From positions 372,001-436,000 of the forward strand of contig BCGN01000003.1 of the NCBI GenBank assembly GCA_001599295.1: a DNA stretch of 64,000 bases, written 5' to 3'. Of this stretch, positions 1 through 14,817 are shown in pieces (position 1 is the stretch's first letter; every line of letters starts with the position of its first letter). The translations under genes were made by a program, and so were the position numbers. Origin of the DNA: Sporopachydermia quercuum. Taxonomy: Eukaryota. The notes below the pieces were generated by a model. That model saw only the letters and a list, made by a program, of their open reading frames with translations, did not search any database and was not told the DNA's origin.

Positions 1-1604
1 ATTGAAAAACATAGAACAGGTGCTGCAACGTTGGAAACCCACATAGAAGCAATCATTGCCACAAACATTACAGTCAATAGAACATTCTTAGGTTCTGTTC
101 CAGCTTTAGAAAGAACCCATGTTGAAATTAGCTTGGCAATCTGAAACTTGGATAATGCAGCAGCTAAAGTAAACCCACCTAACAGCAACATAATAACAGA
201 AGTCCACATTGCGGAGAAAATGAATTTGGAAGTATCAGATGCATCCATTGGGGTACCATCAGCATTTTTGATTACCTTCAAAATAACAATTAGGAAAGGA
301 ATTAAAATCGATGTAACAAACAGTGGTAAAGTCTCTGTTGCCCATAACAAAGAGGATAAGATTAATAATGCAAAACATCTGGATTGTATGGGATCACTGA
401 ATGTTGGAATAAGAAGCAAGAGAGCAAATATTGATAATATTATCACTAGTTTAACAAAACGACCATTGAATAAAAATGATGGTATCAGGATTTTATATTT
501 GCCCACATTCAAATATTTCTTTTCATACATCATGTTCTTGCTATCATCATCAATGTCTTTTCCACTATTTGCTGCCTGAGTTTTTCTCTCTAAGTCAATC
601 ATATCTCTCCAAACAGTATTACGTTCCCAAACGATATATTCCCGTAGATGTAATCTGAGCTCTGACTTTGCAGTTTCGATATCAGGACAATTTGCCATTT
701 CAGCATAATCAGCAATTAAATGATCAATTCTTGCATCTAATGATTGAATGGTAGAGGGATTGAATACATATGTTGTTTCTAGTAGCTTCAGGTAGTTCGA
801 TTTCAATTCTGTTAATAATGACTTATCGAATTTTTTCAAAATTTTAGCAAAACCAGTCTGATTGAGAGTTATGTAAGATTTTAATTCTGATAACTGAACA
901 AAACACGAAGTAATTCTTTTCTTTAATGTGATTTGCATGTCTGTTAAAACATCGTATTCATCATCCCAGAACTGAGGAGAAACAGACCTTCCAACAGATG
1001 CAGCTCTTAGAGATTTTCTTCTCGATAGTTTTCTACTAAGACGACTGCCCCTTCTTGGTCGCCCTTTGAATGCCGTTACCTCATCATCATCAGCACTATT
1101 GTGGGCTTCAGCCGCTTGATGTATAAGATTTGGATCATGACTTGGAAAACCATGTTGGGATTCTGGCATACTGCTTCTTCTATCTAAAGGGGANCCGGCT
1201 TCTATGTCATCAAATTCATCATCATCATCAGAATCGATACCAGACAATCTTCTCGCTCCAAACGTTGGTGTTTTAAAAGTACCTAGGGTCATGTCATTTT
1301 GAAACTGCTGAATGTCNACTTCTAGATTGTTGATTTCTTTGAATACTTCCTTTTCTTTATTACGATAGAAAGTATCAATTTTCTGTAATTCAATATCCAG
1401 GGCATCTGTAAAGGCGTTCTCTGGATTTCTGTATCTCGTAGTAATCAAATGGGCAGCTTCCGTATCATGGTTTTTCTGTTCATTTTCGTAGGCGATGGAC
1501 TCTCTTTGAAGAGCATATATAAGCTTCTTCAAATTCGAGTAAGCAATATACTTTGAACTCCATTCAGGTACCGCGTTGAATTGAATTGAATGAGAGAACT
1601 TCAT
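1..1604 (-). CDS. PHO91: SPX-domain low-affinity/vacuolar phosphate transporter (Pho91-type), 3' end outside window
   Basis: Minus strand from the ATG at 1604 reads MKFSHSIQFNAVPEWSSKYIAYSNLKKLIY (SPX start), then LNQTGFAKILKKFDK and membrane segments (LLWATETLPLFVTS). Absent from the ORF track, presumably because it runs off the window edge. Confidence 0.9.
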   Translation of the reverse strand, partial: MKFSHSIQFNAVPEWSSKYIAYSNLKKLIYALQRESIAYENEQKNHDTEAAHLITTRYRNPENAFTDALDIELQKIDTFYRNKEKEVFKEINNLEXDIQQFQNDMTLGTFKTPTFGARRLSGIDSDDDDEFDDIEAXSPLDRRSSMPESQHGFPSHDPNLIHQAAEAHNSADDDEVTAFKGRPRRGSRLSRKLSRRKSLRAASVGRSVSPQFWDDEYDVLTDMQITLKKRITSCFVQLSELKSYITLNQTGFAKILKKFDKSLLTELKSNYLKLLETTYVFNPSTIQSLDARIDHLIADYAEMANCPDIETAKSELRLHLREYIVWERNTVWRDMIDLERKTQAANSGKDIDDDSKNMMYEKKYLNVGKYKILIPSFLFNGRFVKLVIILSIFALLLLIPTFSDPIQSRCFALLILSSLLWATETLPLFVTSILIPFLIVILKVIKNADGTPMDASDTSKFIFSAMWTSVIMLLLGGFTLAAALSKFQIAKLISTWVLSKAGTEPKNVLLTVMFVAMIASMWVSNVAAPVLCFS

Positions 1605-4600
1605 AATTGACTCTGAATTCTAATGATAAATGAGATCACCCTTTGGATCCACTCAATTTACAGTAAAAATTTGGTCTGATGAATTGATCAATTAGTCGAA
1701 TGACATATAATATCAAGTGCTTCAGACTGATTACAGTGAAGACATCAAGATGATTTAGCTGAATGGCTGTTACTGTTAGATTCTATCGATACCTTCCAGT
1801 AACAGGCACAGTTAAGAACTTTTATTTTCCACCAAGTAAATACAATTCTCACACCTGATTTTTTTGTGAGTATGCAGTTTGTTTGATTGTTTCACGTCAG
1901 CTGTCTTTTATTTTTTCTTTTGGCTTCTTCGTTGGACTCCAAANGGAAGAGGATACTATTTTCTCTCATAAAGAAACTGAATAACAGGGAATGAGNAGCA
2001 GCCACAATAACAAGGAGGAAAACAACATGTAGAATTGTATGCATGAAGCTGCAGTATAGAGAATATCTGGAGATTCTGTTATGCCCCTCAGTAAAGAACT
2101 TGATCNAGTGTGAGTTGCTCGTTGGGATAGTTGTGATCTTTAGTTGGAAGTCATTGCATATATTATATTGAGTATCGCTAAACCAATAGCATCTCGTTGT
2201 TATATTTGATATTCCACGGGATACTAATGCCTTATATGTTAGAGTTACAGTAAGTATGTATATGTATGCGTGGCTAATGCTAATTTGTTCATCTAACAAC
2301 TAAGATAGGTACGTGACGATGAACTTTACATATTTGTGCATTGTTATGCATTACAAATCTCTCAGACAGATAGCTGTNTCTGAACACGTGATACAAGTTC
2401 AGGTTGAAGGAGTGAAAGGAAAATGAAGAGGTTTCATAAAATCAGTCTACTAAAACTTGTTTGCTGGCTAATATGTGAGAATNAAATTCAAAATGAACGT
2501 CCCGTTCAAAGGAATTCTATTGCTTAATCGTTTCGTGGTCAGAATCGATATTTCACTATGCCCAACATACATAGAACCAAGGTATAATAGTATGTCTAGC
2601 TTCATAAAACTTCATGATACTATCTATGTATCATCAACATTTGTCACCAGCAGTTCATTTACTTCGTAGCTAACTTATTTTAACATATTCAAACAACTTC
2701 ATGCTATTATTGAATGCCAAATGGATAACTTGTAATCTACCGATTCTATCAATTTCTGGAACCTCCAAATTATCATCACATAATCAGAAAACTACTTGTT
2801 CCGTCTCTTCCCGTTCAAACCCCAGTCACTTGTCCTCAACCAAACTTTAAAATAAGCTCTAACTTATTTCTTTAAACATTATTTTCATTCTTGCGAAATC
2901 TCATTTACATAAAATGCGTCTACAATATGATGAAATACAAGCAAAGAAACGAACAAATATGTAATGATATGTCGAAGTGTGAAATTTGATTGTAGGATAT
3001 GATGCAATAGTCACACAGGCTCCTATTGTCTGGTAAGAGTTAGAAACTTGGATCTAAAGCAAACGGAAATTACATGACATGTAAGGTGAAAACCGTTGAG
3101 CCAATGCTGAAATCGAGAAATAAATAGCAAGAAGCTCGCGATGACGAGGGTTATCAAACTATTGATTTCAATGATTAGTGTCTTCTAGTTTTACTGAAGT
3201 GCGTCTGAGTATGTACATGCTGTCATGCAATCTTCAAACGTTGTAACTGTAGTGAAATACCCCAACATTATTCAACTTTGCGTATAGATTTCATCATAAT
3301 ACAACAAGCAAGAATTATAATAGACGATTGTTAAAAACAGTTATTAGCAATTTAGCAGTTTCATTCTAGTATGTCATACAAAAAACACAATTGACCCGGT
3401 GAAAGCATTGGTTAGAAGTCATATGGTATCACTAGTTTCCACATCTGGCAAGTACGAAACTGTTACCATAAAGTAAAATGGTTTTATAATCTTTTTATAT
3501 ACTGAACATCTCATCAGTGTCTGTCAAAAATCTCTACTGTCTTCTATATCCAAATTTATCAAATAATATAAACAAGCCTCTTCCTTGCAGTTCATGCTGA
3601 ATGCAATGCAAGCCTATCTACTCATTGCGGTACTAGCTGCACTTTATTTCGTCTGATATCAGGCCATTGAAGTGCATAATCTACGTATGTAGGTAAGAAA
3701 CCTATTCAATCCTATAACTTACGCGTTCCCCAGGGTCACATGAGGCAGAAGAATAAGTGGAAATTATTGCAGTGTTTCCACTCAAAAAAATTCTTTATCC
3801 ATGCCTGTTGTAAATAATAAAATAAATGCGTGGTAGGATATGAATGGTGATGCAAAGAGAAGACCCAAAAAGGACAGCATTTCATTTGAAAGGTAATTGC
3901 TTTTTAAAAGTAAGTCTACGCATTCTGACAGGTTCAAGTAAACAGATTGGTGGTATGAAGTCTACCTATGCCTGCTGTAGACATAGGCAGGAACCATCTT
4001 TAAGCTATTAGACTATTATGCATTAAANTGCGGGGAGGAGTGAGAATTAGTTACATAATATAAATATACATGGGGAAGATTTAGTCGAATTGAATTTAAA
4101 AATTAGTTATATTAAACGAGGATAAATAGGAACGATGAATAAAATATGAATAAAGTAGTACTAATAGATCCATTGGTTGGTAAGAAAGAAAATTTGAATT
4201 GAATCATTTATTTGAAAAATTAGAAAAACTAAGAAAAAGATTTAGAGGATGAAGCTGTCGTAAGGACAGAGGCAGGGCAAAAAAAGAATAGGAAAGGAAT
4301 GGAAAGAAAAGAAAAGTGGGTAAAACTGGGGTTTTCTTGTTGCTATGAGATTACGAGACCTTCTTCAGTATTTACTTATGAATACTGAACCGTTTAAATG
4401 TGTGATAATGTGTGATATAATGCAATTTCATCTTCTTGAACACACGGTAGAAGCAATCGATCCTTTTCATTCATCCCTTATCATCAATTCACTCACACTC
4501 ATCTTTCTTATTAATTACCTGGTAGAATAAATTAATCTTTGGTGAAACCCCTACTTCAATTTCATTTGATTCTCGCTATTTCTACTAAAGCCATAACTAT

Positions 4601-5260
4601 AAACTGGGTTTCAGGCTAATAAAATCACATGTTAACCCATATTGAACGAGAAGGCCGAATAGAGTTGACACTGATTCACCTAGAATATACTTAACACTAC
4701 GAAGTCTAAATAAAGTTCACCTGCTTAATCTCAAGAAATAGTTATCAGGAGTGAAAAGGTAAAAGAATACTTAAGGCGATAAGTAGCCCATCAATAAGGA
4801 ATTGTATTCATTGTTATCGTATAAAACTTGGAGGAGGTATTCAAAGAGGATTAAGAACTTTTTAAGGATCATTAACGATTTAAACATCAATTGGAACATA
4901 TAGAACGCTTCCAGACGATATCAATAAATATTATTACGGTAAGACTTTTATGAATAAGTTGGGAATAGTAAACAGAACGCGTCTTGTTGAGTCCTGAAAA
5001 CAACAAGAATTAATGCCAGGACAAGGCGTGGTATCAAGAATCAATTGAATGAGTGCTTTTGTTTATATACCAGCGGATTGAGAGCTTTGTATAACAATTA
5101 AGTGCTGCTTGAATGGTAATTAAAGTCAGGCTACGACAAACATATTGTTGCTATAAACTATTGACAACTCAAAGAACCACTTTAATACCAACAAACTCAT
5201 AGTTGGCAACTCCACTTTTGGGTTACATTCATTTTACATTGCATTATAAAACACGACACT

Positions 5261-5650
5261 ATGACACTACCAAGAACACAATCTGACAACACGTTTTCAA
5301 CTACAATAGCGACAAGAGACCAATCATCTCCTACGACGTCTCCCACGACGTCTCCAAATACATCCCGGCCAGGCTCAATAGCGACTTCAGACTCCTACAC
5401 CGTTCTTCCTGTTAAAGGAGTCGCTAAGTTTCAAAGGTCACTATCCACAGATTCGGGGGAAGTGTATTCATTCAATGATCCTTTCTTATATTCGAAGTCA
5501 TGTCAACCAGTTCGTGCACACATAGTTAGGCATGTGTCTGTATCTTGCGATCCTCATAGTGAATCTTGGGAAACACCAAGAACTCGAAATCATACACGAA
5601 GGCCCTCAATAGCTGTGCAGTTTTCCAAACCAGAAGTAAGTGGTAGCTAA
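5261..5650 (+). CDS. Small Ser/Thr-rich protein ending RRPSIAVQFSKP; probable YNR014W/YMR206W-like protein
   Basis: Clean 129-aa ATG ORF with SPTT repeats and a PKA-type RRPS site. It is divergent from PHO91, as YNR014W is from PHO91 in S. cerevisiae. Family assignment rests on synteny and recollection of the C-terminal motif. Confidence 0.6.
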   Translation: MTLPRTQSDNTFSTTIATRDQSSPTTSPTTSPNTSRPGSIATSDSYTVLPVKGVAKFQRSLSTDSGEVYSFNDPFLYSKSCQPVRAHIVRHVSVSCDPHSESWETPRTRNHTRRPSIAVQFSKPEVSGS

Positions 5651-6246
5651 ACCTTAGCTACCCCATCTGTATAAACTTTTGAAGAGAGAAGAGGTTCAAC
5701 ACAATACCAATTTCAGAGGACGCCAGTAGTAAATGGCCAAATTCGAAAGAAGCACCAGACTTCACTACAGACTACGAGTTTGAATACTTTTTTGTATAAT
5801 GAGATATCGATGCTCTTAAACTTATTTTTGAAAGTTCAAAAAGTTATACTANACATTATATAGTATATATGGGAAGGAATTAGGGGATTAGGAATGATTA
5901 AATGAAATGGGTTAATGAGATGTTTGTTATTATTTATATTACTTTTTTATGCTGCTTCGAAGCTATTAGTTTCTTATTTCATCTTTCTTCAATAATGATC
6001 GTTGTTAAGGCAAGTTGTTAAGGCAACTTCTGAGAGCAACTTGAATTACGACACACCATATATAACATATGACAAGAAATAAATATGTTTAANAACTTAA
6101 TGAGGCTTCATATTTACACGCTGTAGCCAATATNTTAAAATTTCTTACCAATAGTAAAATGATCAAGTCATGGATACCTAAATCATGAAATATTCTATGT
6201 TCTCACAAAACTATTCGTTGCCATCGTTTTCATCCCTACATTACTA

Positions 6247-6945
6247 TTATGCGTTGAAATCCTTAACCTGTAGGTTTCTTGTCATTTGAGGCAAGGCAAC
6301 TCTTATTCCATCTAATTCCTTAGTCATAACAACTTGACATCCTAACCGAGATCTAAGAAAATAGTTAGTAACAATCAACAACAATATTATCATATACAGT
6401 CCTCCAAGACCTCAATCTTTTGTAGAGAACAAACAAAGAGAAAAGATAGCCACGCCATCAATCATCGTATCGACCATAAATCAATCAGATATTTTGAATA
6501 GATATTACACTTACGTTTCAGTCAAACCAAAGGCCAAATCCAACATATCGTTTTCATCATCATCAGGTTCAGGGATTGCATCGTAGTATTCTGGATCAAC
6601 AATAATGTGACAAGTAGAACAGGCACATGAACCGCCACAAGCACCTTCCATATCCAAACCATTTGATTGAGCAATATCTAGTAAATTATCTCCTTCGCAT
6701 ACTTCTAAAGCGATTTGATCTCCTTCCTTTGTTATAAATGTAATATGCAACTCTTCACCGGGTTTTGGTTTATGAGCATGCCCATGCTTAGCTACCTTGG
6801 TTTGAGAAAACTGCCGCACCGGAATTCCATTTCTTTGTATAGATCCTATCAATTTGCTACTGTTTCGAACACCAGATATTCCACTATAGTGGTTACTGGC
6901 TCCTATTAAACAGCTTCTGGATATACCTTTAGTCAGCCTGAACAT
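6247..6945 (-). CDS. YAH1: Mitochondrial [2Fe-2S] ferredoxin; exons 6945-6515 and 6352-6247
   Basis: EGACGGSCACSTCH motif and basic presequence. Intron 6514-6353 (GTAAGT...TACTAAC...TAG) restores AFGLTETSRLGCQ. Confidence 0.95.
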
Positions 6946-7941
6946 ATGCGCAATTGATAGAAAAAAGATCTTACTGATTGATCTTCACCAAAATTTCCTA
7001 TAACCAAAATCCTTGAGATATGTGTACTGTACTCCGAAGTGCAATACGTCCCGATGAAATATCCAAACTTCTGCCACGCTCGTTTATTAAATGCTAGTCT
7101 ACAACGTTACAACTTTTCTACTTTACCATCCCGTCTATTGATACCAACTTTGAAAGAGACCAACCAGTAGAGATTTATGAAGCAATAANGAAAAAAAAAA
7201 AGAGAAATAGAAAATGACTTAACTCCGGCAAAATGCACCTAATATGCATCTTATATGCACGCAGTACATAAATTGCAAACTATTTCCTTGCATTTACACC
7301 TAACAGAAATGGGGGATGTAATGAAGACTTACATAACATTTGATTTGTCAATAGAACTTATCTTCAGAGTTCCCCTTAGCAAGGTAGATAGATATTCTTT
7401 TGTGACTATCTCGCCCGTCTCCCTCCGATAGATAAGGACCAAGAGTCGGCCAACGCCACTTTGAGACTTAGAGATTGAGAATAGTGAAAATTAACATCTC
7501 GAGAACACCCCCTTNAAGTTGTATATGTATCAGGCTTTTTTGTGGGTGATTTTACTTTAATGACACAAGTGAAATGTTCTCTATGTAAACGAGGAAAGCA
7601 AAGCACAGACAGAGAGATGATGGCTTGCAAGTGTAATGCGCGCCGATGAGGTGATACCGTGATAGTAATATGTTAATAAGGAGCGAAACGGTACAGAATA
7701 GTCAATAAGTCTGTTAGCTTACTAAATATTTGGACTACCTTCCAGATGCATTTATTCAAGGAACGTTAGATAAACGTAATCAGAAGACAAAGAATAAGCC
7801 CACAAAGCAAACCGGCAAACAGCTATATCAATCTATTAGTGTATAGGAATTGAATGATTGATACGTAAAACCGAGCTTTTGTTTATATTCAACATTAGTT
7901 ATCTATATTATACCAAGGAGGAAACAATAAACTAGAATCAG

Positions 7942-8836
7942 ATGAACAAAATGGCAGATCTTGGTACTGAACTATTCGCTAATTATGACTCTGATTACCA
8001 AGTTACATTGACTGATGTCAAGCAGAAACTGAGCGAACTACAAGATACAACTGGTAACCAAAGGCAGAGTATAATCAGCGCTATCGAGCGTGCAATCGAT
8101 GAAGGATTTGAAATTGTATGTTGAACTTTTGATTGGACCTGCTTTGCTTTTGAAGAACGCAATATGTAGTCATATGAAGTCTTGATACAAATGCATGATT
8201 TAGAAAGGAAGAGCAGAGCAAATACTAACTGTTTTTTACTAATTAGATTGATCAAATGAACTTAGAAGTACAAAACATCTCTTCAGCATCAAGAGCGTCG
8301 TTCAATTCAAAGCTCCGTGGATACAGATTGGAACTAGACAAGTATAAGAAAGATATTGTAAGTTTTGGATTGTTTATTTGGAGATTTCAGTAGTACATAA
8401 GTGTGCTCTAATCAAAACAATAGATATTAACTCTAGGATTAATCAATAGAAATCTATATTGGAAGAAGAAGACAGGAAACAGCTATTTGGTAGCCGTTAT
8501 ACTGATACACCTGATACATCTTCAGATCAGAGAGAACAATTGTTAGGAGCCAATGCATCGTTAGAAAGATCATCAGATAGATTGAGAGAATCACAACGAA
8601 TTGCCAGTGAAACTGAAAACATTGGTGCCAATATATTGACAGATTTAAGAGGTCAAAGAGAACAAATACTGAATTCACGAAATACCCTAACCGATGCTGA
8701 TAGTTATGTTGATAAATCTATTAGAACCTTAAAAACAATGACAAGAAGGTTGGCTACAAATAAGATCATCAGTTATGCTATCATAGCTGTTCTTATTATT
8801 CTAATTCTAATTGTTATTGCTAGTAAGTTTCGTTGA
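7942..8836 (+). CDS. VTI1: Qb-SNARE Vti1; exons 7942(or 7951)-8115, 8247-8357, 8450-8836
   Basis: Introns GTATGT(8116)..TAG(8246) and GTAAGT(8358)..TAG(8449) join the frames. SNARE motif DQREQLL...RLRESQRIASETENIG and a C-terminal TM segment. Confidence 0.93.
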
Positions 8837-9179
8837 TATATAGATAAGTTTTTCATGTTTGGTTAATGGGTGATCTTATGATCAAATAAATATAACATTG
8901 TTTCTATAGCTTTTTGGGTGTCAGGAATAATCTCTATAAGAGTACTATTTTAAGTTACTCCTATGCTTCATTATTATTTTGAATTTACTAGTTAGTTTCA
9001 ATCTCTTCTACACTTATATATTCAAAGCGATCGTATATTCAATAATTATCTAAGTTCAAATCAATCCAGTATAATTATCAATCTGTCAATTTCGTAACAA
9101 AATCAAATTCACCTTAATCACATTTTTACCAGGACTTTCCGTCTAATTATCTATTCTATTATCCAATATATTCTATCCA

Positions 9180-12100
9180 TTATGATGCTTCAAAATCCTC
9201 ATGAGAAACGATGCTGTTCTTTCTACTATCAGCAAACGAGTATCTCTTCAAAGCATGTCTAATTTGTTCAATCAAAGCTTTGTTCTTATCATCAATTGAA
9301 CTACTATCCTCCTCGTCACTCATTCTTGACCGATTAGTAGTAGTTCTACTTAGTGTGGGCTTAGAATCACCATTATCTCCGTCACTAGCAGTAGAAAGGA
9401 AACTAGCAACTGATTTTGAACTTCTCTTTCGGGTTAGTTTCAATGGATTATATGGCTTAGGTTTATGAGACAAGATATCATCAAAATATAAATTTGCTGC
9501 TGAAAGGGGACTCTTAATAGAACTAACAGGTGCATCCATAGTCAATCCAGTATCATGAATCAATTTAGCTGCCAATGCAGTCCAACCACATTGATGTGAC
9601 GTACCAATTCCTTGTCCCGAGTCGCCATGGAAATATTCATAAAACCAAACATGTTCTCTGAAATTCTCATTATAATCTAATATATCGTTACCACCATTGA
9701 TTGGCCGGCGTCCTTCGTCATTGACTGTAAATAATCTGATGAGTCTATGCTGAAGTTCCTCAGCAACTTCAGATAAATTCATCATTACACCAGAACCAGT
9801 TGGACATTCTACTTTGAAATCATCTCCATAATAGAGATAAAACCGTTGCAATGATTCGATCAGTAAAAAATTTACTGGCATCCAAATGGGACCCCTCCAA
9901 TTAGAATTACCACCAAATAACGGCGAATCAGAATTTCCAGGAACATATGATACAGTATAGTCTTGACCGTTAACATTCATACTGTACGGATGATCTTTAT
10001 GATATTTCGACAATGATCTGATACCATAATCAGCAAGGAATTCATCTTCATCAAGCATTCTAGCTAAAATGTGTTTCAATTTTTCATCGTCTATTAATGA
10101 TAACAACAGACGATCACCAACACCTCGTTTTCTCATACTAGCAATATTCCTATGTGATACTTCAGCTTTATGTTCAATATACCAATCCAATTTCTTTTTG
10201 AAATTAGGGAACCGTGATAAAAACTCTGGTTCCAACGTTAAAGAAGCATACATAGGAATAAGCCCAACTAATGACCGAATTGGTAATTGAACGTTAGGAC
10301 CACCCCAATTGATGGCATCGTAGAAGAATTTATCGTCGTCATTCCATAAAGAACGTTGTGTTTTCTCTGCAGTGAATTTCATGGCATCAGAAATCACCAA
10401 AAAGTGTTCATAGAACGTCAATGCAATGTTTTCATATACACTTCTGTTCTTTGCTAACTCCAAAGCAATATTCATCATTTGTAAGGCATAGAATGCCATC
10501 CAGCCGGTAGCATCTGCCTGTTCTAAAGTTCCACCTGTTGGTAATGCTTCAGAACGATTGAAAATACCGATGTTATCTAAGCCAAGAAAGCCACCTTCAA
10601 ACAAGCCATTGCCATCAGTATCTTTTCGATTGACCCACCAAGTAAAGTTGAGTAGTAACTTATGGAACACACTTTCAAGGAAATCAAAATCTTCAACGCC
10701 ATACATTTTTCTTTCGATCTTAAAAGTACGGAAAGCAGCCCAAGCATGAACTGGAGGATTGACATCAGAGAAATTCCATTCATAAGCAGGTAACTGTCCA
10801 TTAGGATGCATGTACCATTCACGGGTTAAAACATCAAGTTGATTCTTAGAAAACTCAGGATCAATCATTGCTAATGGAATGCAATGGAAAGCAGTATCCC
10901 AAGCACAAAAGAATGGATACTCCCATTTATCAGGCATCGATAGAATATCATTAATATACAAATGTTTCCATGCCTGGTTTCTGATATGTTTTCTACTTTC
11001 TGGCGGGGGAGGATTAGCAGGATCACCATGATACCATTCATCGAAAACAAATTCATAGTATTGTTTTGACCAGAGCAAACCAGCAAATGCTTGACGTTGA
11101 ATGTTTCTTAGCTCATCAGATATAGGGAAAGGGCTAATCTTCCAGTAAAAATCATCAGCTTCGGATTCCCTTTGGTCAAAGATATAATCGAATTCTTCTT
11201 CATCAACTAATTCGGGTGATGATAAATCATTGGTATATTTAAATCTCACAGTAACATAATCGCCAGGGGGAATACCACCTTCAGAATCAAATGCATACCA
11301 AGCACAAGATTTGGTTCCTTCCTTTTTAGGATTCACCGCTTCTTTAACATCATCAACAATATAATCATGGAAAGCATCTTTTAAATAAGGATTCTTATTT
11401 TCAGTCTCCCATAATTTAGTACAATTTGTCTCATTATCAGTGAAAAGCAATTCTGGTGCAACATCATCACTATTCTCAGCATTCTCATAACCTGGAGATG
11501 GAGCAAACGTTGCAATACGGTCACCATATTTATAATGAGAAGTCAATACTCTAGAGTCATCAATAGCATTAATTTTTGGAACGGAATTTTTCTCTTCACG
11601 TTTAGTTTCCCAAGACCATGTATTACGGAACCAAATGTGAGGAATGATATGCAAAGGAGCAGGCTCATCACCACGATTATAAGCCGTGACCCGGAAATAC
11701 AATTCTTCTTCATTTTCATTATCCTTTGCCATTTCAATATAAATATCAAAGTATTTACTATCAGCAAACACATCAGTTTCATAAATTTCGTATTCTTCTT
11801 CACACCGGTTTCTTTTACCATTTTCTTCAATAAGCTCTTCGTAAGGGAACCTCCTCTGAGGATATCGATACAAGTACTTCATATAAGTATGACATGGAGT
11901 ATTATCAAGATGATAGTAAATTTCCTTTACATCTTCACCATGGTTACCTTCGTGAGAGGTAAGTCCGTAGAGCCTTTCTTTGAGAAAATCATCTTTTTCA
12001 TTCCAGAAAGCAAATGAAATACAGGTGAAAAGGTTTCTATCACCAACACCGGCGATTCCATCTTCACCCCAGCGGTAGGCTCTTGATCTAGCATGAGAAT

Positions 12101-12667
12101 GAGGGAAATCGCTCCAAGCATTACCATCACCACTTAAGTATGAAATGTTAGTACCGAGATTCGCGCTGATCACACAAAATATGTATGATTGGGTACAGGG
12201 CACACAATCTAAGGTGAGTAGTACTATACTTACGAGTAATCTTCGCGGACCGTTGCCTGTTGATTTGAAAGAATTCAGTTAGTTTGAAACAAAAAATGTC
12301 AATAAAAGCAATTCATTAAAAAAGATAAGCAACTCAGACCAAATTTATCAGATAATTAGCTATCAAACAAGAGATACAACTTTTCTGGTACTATTTGAGC
12401 ATAAGCCGTGATATCTCTCTTTGTGTAGCTTATGGTTTCTAGTAACATACCCATTGACGTTCACTGACATAGGGACCCCATCGTTTCCAATACTATAAAA
12501 AGTAAAATAAACTGTTAGTATAAGCTTTAAATAAATATAAGAACCTATCAAAAGATTCAAAGATTGAAACTAATTCAATAACCAGAGAGCCTACATACTT
12601 TGGTCTTAGTTTTGTCTTCGTAAAGACGTTTTTCCTCTTCAGTGAGTTGAGAGTCAGTATCAGTCAT
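9180..12667 (-). CDS. GH63/mannosylglycerate-hydrolase-like glucosidase (YMR196W-like); exons 12667-12599, 12492-12451, 12256-12234, 12132-9180
   Basis: Spliced N-terminus gives [28 protein letters not shown]. Family motifs SMPDKWEYPFFCAWD and GGNSNWRGPIW. Convergent with VTI1, as in S. cerevisiae. Confidence 0.9.
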
Positions 12668-14817
12668 CTCTAATCAGTGATCGCGACAGTTACAAGTGCT
12701 AATACTTTTCTAAGGATGCTCCTGCTGGTGTGTCGTTCTGAGAGTTATTTACCATTGATAATTCAACATTGGTTCAAAGGAGAAGGAAAAAAGACATCAA
12801 AAAATGGCGGAATAGTAGATAAATGGAAATGACTCAATTTAAGTTTATTTGATTATGTAGATTATGCAGCAGATGATAAACTCTATTTCTTAGTTGTACG
12901 GAACGACGGTATTGGGTGGAGACTCTTNGGCCAAGTGGAGAAGTACGAATAATGCTAGTTCATAATGTCTTTTTATATCTGATATGGCAAGTGAAGGAAA
13001 TATTGCAGATGCAGTTGTTTGACACATGTTTGTCTGGGTACTGGAAATGATTATTTAATAAAGCTTTCTGATTGAGTATGATTTGTAGGCCAATGTACTA
13101 GTGAATTCCCCTGACGTGTAAGTTGATAGTGACATAATCGGATAAAGATACCTTTCGTGCGATTACCCTTGACACTGGAAAATTGATGTCTACAGTGTTA
13201 AACAGCATTATGATCAAATTCAGTAATTTGGGGACAGCATGATGTAATAGCAGATTATCACCGAAGGTATAACAAGCCTCAGAAATCGTATCCAATATAC
13301 AAGTCGTTGGTGTGGCCTTCGTAATAACCCTTCTATACTCTACCTGCACAGCAATAAATAAAAGCTATTCCCGGTTAGGCACGAACGGTATACTTCAATT
13401 CGGGAATAGAAGATTCCTGCATAAACTTAATTGCAAATTGTAAATGATGTCACTCATTATGCGCTGAATTATTAGCTGCTTATTGCTGAATCTCGTGCCG
13501 AAAAAAGATTTAGAGGATAAGCAAATGAATTAGATATCAGAAGCTATAGAATAGGAAGAAAAAGAAATAATGAGCAGTAATAGCGGAAAAGTTCATCCTA
13601 AAAATGCAAGTAAGAAATGGAAAAGGATGAGAGATCAATAGGGGGAGGGTCGAGAGATACCAATACAGTAATTGCTAATTTGGCAGTTGGAAGTTGTCCT
13701 TAACTTGTCTGTCCCGTGGGCTTACTTGAGACATAAAAACATATAATATGTAGTAGAATGCAATTAAGTTCTACATGGAGAACGTTAACTTAAAATATTT
13801 GTGTATGATATTTAAGTTATCTTGTAGTTTTAAGGAGTCTATGGAGGAGAAAAGTTCAGTTATTTCACACATACGTTTTACGTTAAGATTCTCAATATTG
13901 CATATGCATGCCTATTCCTACATATTTATACATATTACATGTCCTTATTTATCACGTGGTGGAATTCGGACATTTTTTTTGCGAAAAGAAATAACGGCCA
14001 AATTAGCAATTACCTACCCATACCAANATCAGATTATCAGATCAGCTTGAAACTTTTCACTTAGAGGAATTTCTTGCGGTACTCATGAGAAGATTTCAAA
14101 GTGCCGATTTTTAATTTGGTCTTTAATAGTGTTCAATTATTTTGAAGGCAGTTGTAATATATGACTATACTTTACTGATTGTATGATTTTTGTACCGCAA
14201 AGACGGTATCAGATCGACTAAACCTACTGGTAGATGAGAGTAATAAAGTCAATGATAAGAAATCAAATAATGCATACTATAAAACCTTAAGTTGAAATAA
14301 AGTTTGAAAGATGCTGTATAATTTATGCTCATTACTTCACTTTTGATTCGATATTTGTTCATGGATTGGAGTGAACAAAGTATGGCTAAGTTAAAATGAG
14401 AAACTGTGATTATGAGAAATGCATGTATCTTGTAATTGGAACATAGTAATTGACTACCAAACAGGTTATTGATGGTACCTCTGTTAGTTCATATGGATAT
14501 TCCAATCAAACTCTATCTTTAAGTAGGACTTGCATGATCCTGCAAAGAAATGTTAACCTTAATTTGGACTCCTCGCAAGAAATGAATGATTATTGATTAT
14601 TGGAAAATGAAGAATAGATTAGATAATCACGACGTTTTATTCCTCGGAACAAAAAAAACAGATTTATATCAAATTATCATTACATGGCAATACGCTACTA
14701 TATCAAGTCAATTCCCGTCTACGATCTGAATCATCAACAATCACGTACAACACATACAGCATAGAGACATGAATCCTATCATTAGAGACAATGGTATGAT
14801 AAAGTATAATATTCAGT

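Noticed and set aside
148..658. Plus-strand ORFs of 143 and 60 aa
   Set aside because: Antisense shadows of PHO91. The same applies to the many short ORFs overlapping the glucosidase, RFC1, RUD3, NMA1 and RCHY1 genes.
7400..7660. Possible snoRNA/ncRNA between YAH1 and VTI1
   Set aside because: Slightly GC-rich, but no recognisable boxes or guide; better explained as divergent promoter sequence.
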